This document shows, in pieces, positions 57,009 to 64,000 of a stretch of DNA of 64,000 bases. Numbering within the stretch: position 1 is the first letter of the stretch; each line of letters begins with the position of its first letter. The notes beneath the pieces are model-generated. The model saw nothing but the letters and a program-made list of their open reading frames with translations, was not told where the DNA came from and did not search any database. Made by a program: the position numbers and the translations under genes. Source of the stretch: the human T2T-CHM13v2.0 reference genome, Homo sapiens; NCBI RefSeq assembly GCF_009914755.1, contig NC_060945.1, one strand, 5' to 3'.

Positions 57009-60000
57009 GTAAACGCCTCCCAGATTCTTCTGCTCCCAACGGACCGTTAGGCCCTCACCTAGCCTTCTTTGGCACCTTTCTTCGGAGACGCAGTCGTTCC
57101 CCGGCTCAGGCCCCGCTAGGGCCCCGCCTGGGCCTGGGATCCATTTTCCGGGCCCCCCCCAACCGCCCCCCCAGCCGCTCCCTTCCTTTTCCCTCGAGGA
57201 ACTTCGCCTTTTCCGAGGTAACCCAAGACTCCCTGTTTCAGAACCGAGTTAAGATGTTCACCCTTCTCCCCTGTTTGGGTCCCCCCTGCCGTTTAGCTAC
57301 TCGTAGGCCCGGTTGTCCGCCAGGGACGGGCCTAGTTCCTTCCTCAGCTCCTCCTCCGCCGCCGCGTATCCCCTCCCCCTCTCCGCCTCCGCGGATTTTG
57401 CCGGCCGGTGCCTATGACCGGAAAGGGTCTCTAACGGCCGTTTCTTGGTTAATCTTAAATCCTCTTTATTATTGCGAGCTTCAGACCGCTTGGGGGTCTG
57501 GATCTATTAATAAGATTATTCGGGGCCTAGTGTCCTGTAGTATCTGTCAGCCGTTCTGATAGTTAAATGTTTCAATTAAAACGAACTCAAACTGATGCAC
57601 TTGCTAGTTTGTTAAAATACTCGAGATAAAGATGGAAGGGGACTTTGAAATGGTTGCGATTAATTACAGCAAGTGAAAGTGGACTTTGTGTGTAGGTCTA
57701 TTATTTTCTTGCTACCCCTGCCCCAGTTGACACGCTATTTTTGTCATTGCTGGTAGACTTTACATAATTTGCGCTTGGCTTCACAAAATTTGAAGGCGAA
57801 GAGATTGTTAAAGAAATGGTTGTTTACTTAGGAAAATAGTGTGTCATGTTCAGCGGTTGTCTCTCGATATTTGCTTTTGTATAAGATACTCATTTCTTTA
57901 AAGTACAGAAGTAGGAAAGAGATCTTGAAACGTAAGTGTTCCGAGTTCAAGTGTTTTTAATTGTATTTTAAAAGTTGAGAGCAAGAGCAGTACGTGAATT
58001 TGAAAATGGGCCGAAAACCAGTTGTAAGTGCCCAAAGTAATACAGGATTATTAGGGCAATGATGTATTATTGCTAGAATTATCACTTTTGCAGAATGTGT
58101 TGTTTTTTAAGTGGAAATAGATCCACTCACATTGCTTTTTAAATTTTTGTGATATTGCTAGTAGTGTTTTGGATGAGAAGAGACCCGAGCTAAGAGAATA
58201 TAATTTTCCTGACAAATCTCTGGCTGCAATAAGTAGTTGTTTGCTTAGTTTAACGAGGTGTGTTTTTGTAGCTTTTAAAAGCTAGTCTTTCCTTTAGAAA
58301 ATGAGCGTTTTATTATAATTTAGAAGACATGAAAAAGGAGAAAAGAAAAAACTCACGTTATTGATATTCTCATGTCATTTCATTTCCCCCCCCATGTATT
58401 GTGTGATATGTGATCATCTTGTTTTGTATTGATCATTTTTCCAGCTAATACGTTGTGAACAGGTTTATCCCTCTCAGTCTCAGTCTTTTGGACTTCTTCA
58501 TGGCTGCATAGAATCCCATTGTAGGAATATACTGTTGCATATTTAGGTGGTTTGAAATTTTCATTGCTTTTCAGTAAATGCGGTTAACGATTGCTGGCTT
58601 TAAGATGAAATCATTACTTCCTTGTAGATTAACTTTTAAAACCATAATTACTTTTCTGATTTTCAAATTTGTCATAATTATGTATAAATGCTTAGGAAAA
58701 TTGTAAAATAAAGTGCTACAGAAGGAATATCTAAAAATAATATTAGACGAAGCAGTTTATTACTAGAGGAATATGCAGCTTCTCTTCAACACATAATGCG
58801 TTATCAGTCTGCAAACAAGTTTTTGATTATTTGCCATTTCAGTGAGCTGTTTTTTTTCTCATCTGCTTTTATGTAAATTAGAGTAATGAGGCTGACATTT
58901 AGATAGTTAAAACAAGTTATCGAACTTCTGTTATAGATGGTGTGTAAGAATATGGCCTCTGGTTTGAGTACCAGCTTCACCTCTTAGTAGCTGTGTGACC
59001 TTCAGCTAAGTTTCTTCATTTATAAAAGAATAATAGTGGTGATCTCAGAGTTTTGTTAGGATTAAATGAGTTAATGTAGAACAGTATGACACTAGTAGTC
59101 AATAAATGATAATTATTATAACTATAATTATACAATTCATTGTATTAGAAAGCCAGATGTTCCTTAATAATAATTAGGTAACTACTGAATTTTTTTTGGT
59201 TTTTGACCATTCAGACTTTTATCAGGTAGTGGAGCATAATTGATGTGTTTTCATTTAGCTAAAATTGAAGTTAAAATCAAACTGTTGCTGAAAGTATTTG
59301 ATTTTTCAAAATTTTGCAAATTCACACAAAAATAGTAAAAATTACTGGGCGAATGATATGTTCTTACCTATTTAAAAATTTCTCTGGCCCTGTGAATGGA
59401 ACATGTGTTAAGCCATCTATGCTTTTACTGTTGGTATAAATGCCACTTGTTTTATGTGAGTTTTATAAACCAGAGTTCTTGATAATTGTGTAAAAATTAC
59501 ATAAATTATTTTCCTTTTTAAGTTCAGTGGCATTTCAGTAGCAATGTAAGCCTGGACAGAGGTTACAGGTTACCCTTTTTATTCAGTGTGCCTGTGGCTA
59601 ACTTTTGTGTTCCTTGATACTATTGATGGTGATTGTGATTTATGCACAGCTGTGGCTTTAATGTAGCCATGGTTTCTACCATAATGTTAGGCCACATGTT
59701 TTTCTTTTGATTTGTGACCGGGCTCTTATTAATTTTTCTCCCCTGAAAGAAATATGTGGGTATCCCAAAAGCCTAAAGTTAGATTTCTGAAATTATTTTG
59801 TTTAACAAAGAGTGTACTTAGAAACCTGTTTTCTTAATTTTCATAGTTCTGAAAACTTTAATTGTATAAAAATGAAATGTCCAAAATATAAGTAGATCAT
59901 GGTAAGAAGCATTATTAGTGGTGAATATCTAAAATAGGAAAAAGGTAAAACATCTGACAGTCAGTACAACATATGATTATTGTAATTAATTGGATTTTTT

Positions 60001-60052
60001 TATTAATGGTATGATAAAATATTAATGAATTTCGATAACTTTTCATGTCAAG

Positions 60053-60219
60053 TGGAAGGAATGAAGGCCAGCTGAATGGTGAAACAAATACACCCATTGA
60101 AGGAAACCAGGCGGGTGATGCAGCTGCCTCTGCCAGGAGTCTACCAAATGAAGAAATAGTGCAGAAGATAGAGGAAGTACTTTCTGGGGTCTTAGATACA
60201 GAACTACGATATAAGCCAG
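60053..60219 (+). CDS. SON: SON exon 2
   Basis: GRNEGQLNGETNTPIEG...DTELRYKP; 167 nt; AAG acceptor, donor CAG|GTAAGT; phase consistent with exons 1 and 3. Confidence 0.93.
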
Positions 60220-60291
60220 GTAAGTTGGAGATAATTAACTGTCTCAAAAATTTTCTTTTAAGATTTTTTTGAAATTTGAAGGTTAATGTTA

Positions 60292-60619
<328 letters not shown>

Positions 60620-60773
60620 TCAAAAAAAAATTTTTTTTTCAGTAAATTTAAGCTTTTGTTTAATTGATTTAATGAAGACTTTCTTGTTTAAATTTTCCTT
60701 CCATACTTCCACTGGAAAACAAACATTGATGTACTTGTTTACTCTGCTGGTAGAATATAATTTTTATTTTTGA

Positions 60774-61058
<285 letters not shown>

Positions 61059-61543
61059 TGATCCGCACACCTTGGCCTCCCAAAGTGCTGGGATTACAGG
61101 CGTGAGCCACCGCGCCCGGCTTGATTAAGTTTCTTAGTATCAGGAATTTGAGTATGGATTTTTATTAAACAGTTGTGTAAAAATACCCATCCCACTTAAA
61201 CTGCAGTGGATGGAGAGGAATCATTGCTTGAATATTTAGCGTTTTTGGAATTGATTAATTGATGTTTAGAAATGAAGGATTTAGCCACAAAAATAACAGT
61301 CATTACCTTGATTTAGTTCTGGAATCAAGTTTGTAATATGGTTGGTTTGTCCTCTTTTTTGGGGGGAACTTTAGCTGTGCTTAGATTCATGACTCTCAAA
61401 CAGACTTGCTTAGATTCATGGCTCTAACAACCTTCATTGAAGTATGACTTATCTAACATTTTGTATTATGAAACAAACAATTAATAGAAAATGGTAAGTT
61501 TTGCTTTGGCCTATGTCAAGTGTTGATTTATTTTCTTCTGTAG

Positions 61544-61768
<225 letters not shown>

Positions 61769-61988
61769 TAGCCAGGATGGTCTTGATCTCCTGGCCTCGT
61801 GATCCACACGTCTTGGCCTCCCAAAGTGCTGGGATTACAGGCGTGAGCCACAGTGCCCGGCCTTTTTTCTGTAGTCTTAATGGCTCAGATTTCTGATGAG
61901 CTTTTTTGGGGGTCCCTAAGATTTATCTAATTTGATATTGGCATTAGAGTAAATAAATCCCATCTGGTTGTTAAAGTTGAATACTCCC

Positions 61989-62279
61989 ATCTCTTTAGGG
62001 TATGTAAATTCAAACCTTCTTAAGTTGTAAATTAAGGACTAAGAATTTCCTCTCTAAAATCAGTATTCTTTTCTAAAATAGAAACATTTGAAAAGTTATT
62101 TATTAGTGGTTTTAGAATAGTATTGGGGGAAAATGTTATCTCTTTAGGGTATGTAAATTCAAACTTTCTTAAGTTATAAGGACTAAGAATTTCCTCTCTA
62201 AAATCAGTATCCTTTTCTAAAACAGAAACATTTAAAAAGTTATTTTAGTGGTTTCAGAATAGTATTGGGGGAAAATATT
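61989..62279 (+). repeat. Tandem duplication of about 145 bp in SON intron 2
   Basis: ATCTCTTTAGGGTATGTAAATTCAAAC...AGTATTGGGGGAAAAT at 61989 and again at 62138. Confidence 0.93.
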
Positions 62280-63315
62280 ATTTTTATTAGAATGTAACGT
62301 AGGCATGATAAGGTAAAATTTGAGTTCTCTATGAATATTTTATATTTGTTATTCAGATATTTTTATACTCTGTAGAAGCAATCACTAACCTTTGTTGAAA
62401 GCTTATTCTGTGCCAGGCATTATTTGATGTACTTTGCATGTTTTAACTCACTTTATCCTCTAACTCTAGAAGACACAAGTGTGTCAGTAATTTGGCCAAG
62501 ACCATTAACCTAGTAAGTGATGAACTGATTGAGGATTCAAAAGTGGCAGTCTGTTCCAGAGCCAGTGCCATGTTGCTTCCTGTATAAACAAGGGTTAATA
62601 ATCGCAAAAATTATATTATGTGGGTATTTTTAATAGAAACTGTAGCAACTAATAACATGAAATATATTCAGTGACAAAAGTAGTTTAAAAGTAATTTTGC
62701 TATGATTTGAGAGCTGGAGGGAATAATTATTTTAATAGAATTTAGTGAAACATGTCTTAATGTAATTCAAAGTAAGTTTTGGTGTTTAATAATTTATTTT
62801 TAACCCAGGCATTAGTTGTGGAAAGAATTATCAGAAAAGTAGTAGTCTCCAGGTTAACTGTTTTATGAAAAATAGTTTATTTGGTAACTTTTAATTTAAC
62901 GTGAGGTGTTATACTGTGGGGTTTTTTTTTTTTTTTGAGACAGAGTCTTGCTCTGTTGCCTAGGCTGGAGTACAGTGGTGCAATTTCAGCTCACTGAAAC
63001 CTCGACCTACTGGGTTCAAGTGATCCGCCTCAGCCTCCCAAATAGCTGGGACTACAGGTGCGCGTCACCATGCCTGGCTAATTTTTGTATTTTTAGTAGA
63101 GATGGGGTTTCACCATGCTGGCCAGGCTGGTTTTGAACTCCTGACCTCATGATCCACCTGCCTTGGCCTCTCAGAGTGCTAAGATTACAGGCGTGAGCCA
63201 CTGTACTTGGCCTGTACTAAGGTGTTTTAACATGGAATGTAAATATGGGTTTATATGATTTAATCTAACTCTACTTTGGGGAATGTCTGACAAAATTAAT
63301 TTCTATTACTTTTAG

Positions 63316-64000
63316 ACTTGAAAGAGGGCTCCAGAAAAAGTAGATGCGTATCTGTACAAACAGATCCTACTGATGAAATTCCCACTAAAAAGTCAAAGAA
63401 GCATAAAAAGCACAAAAACAAAAAGAAGAAAAAGAAGAAAGAAAAGGAAAAAAAATATAAAAGACAGCCAGAAGAATCTGAGTCAAAGACGAAATCTCAT
63501 GATGATGGGAACATAGATTTAGAATCTGATTCCTTTTTAAAGTTTGATTCTGAACCTTCAGCTGTGGCGCTGGAGCTTCCTACAAGAGCATTTGGCCCAT
63601 CTGAGACCAATGAATCCCCTGCAGTTGTGCTAGAACCTCCTGTAGTATCAATGGAGGTATCAGAGCCACACATCTTAGAAACTCTGAAGCCAGCTACAAA
63701 AACTGCAGAACTGTCAGTTGTATCTACATCAGTAATCTCAGAGCAGTCAGAGCAGTCTGTGGCAGTAATGCCAGAACCATCCATGACAAAGATTCTGGAT
63801 TCCTTTGCAGCAGCACCAGTGCCTACTACAACACTGGTGTTGAAGTCATCTGAGCCAGTTGTAACAATGTCAGTGGAGTATCAGATGAAGTCTGTGCTGA
63901 AATCTGTGGAGAGCACATCTCCAGAGCCATCAAAGATCATGTTGGTAGAGCCCCCAGTAGCAAAAGTGTTAGAGCCTTCAGAAACCCTTGTGGTATCATC
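63316..64000 (+). CDS. SON: SON exon 3 (5' part; runs off the window)
   Basis: Acceptor ttttAG at 63314-5; open frame DLKEGSRKSRCVSVQTDP...[23 protein letters not shown] (Lys-rich) followed by S/E/P/V-rich low-complexity sequence. Confidence 0.95.

Larger units (their letters stand above)
55840..57500. promoter_or_regulatory. Bidirectional CpG-island promoter shared by GART and SON
   Basis: Head-to-head first exons about 1 kb apart; ETS CCGGAAGT 55943-55950; YY1-like AATGGCG/ACATGGCGG at 56665-56696; CRE-like ACGTCA 56718-56723; CCAAT boxes at 56780 (-), 56826 (+), 56850 (-). Confidence 0.88.

Noticed and set aside
63497-63784. 95-aa minus-strand ORF
   Set aside because: Antisense shadow of the low-complexity SON exon 3

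Overview
Primate (human-like) genomic DNA, extremely Alu-dense, recognisable as the DNAJC28-GART-SON locus (human 21q22.11). It contains three protein-coding genes. (1) DNAJC28, minus strand, with a single 388-codon coding exon and a CpG-island promoter. (2) The complete trifunctional purine-biosynthesis gene GART, minus strand: 21 coding exons that I spliced by hand with GT-AG boundaries into 3033 nt = 1010 aa + stop, plus the intron-11 stop/poly(A) that gives the monofunctional GARS form. (3) The first three exons of SON on the plus strand, head-to-head with GART across a shared CpG-island promoter. GART introns also hold a BTF3 processed pseudogene, a 3'-truncated U6 retrocopy, and L1, L2, MIR and DNA-transposon fossils; an MLT1 LTR lies between DNAJC28 and GART. 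Most ORF-track entries are Alu artefacts. I found no convincing wholly new multi-gene system. The best leads are an in-frame 94-nt cassette exon that could N-terminally extend DNAJC28, inverted Alus tightly bracketing GART's start-codon exon, a GART acceptor with poly(A) where the pyrimidine tract should be, a uORF in a putative distal GART first exon, and several templated-insertion scars. Gene and repeat identities come from sequence recognition, not database searches; repeat boundaries are approximate.
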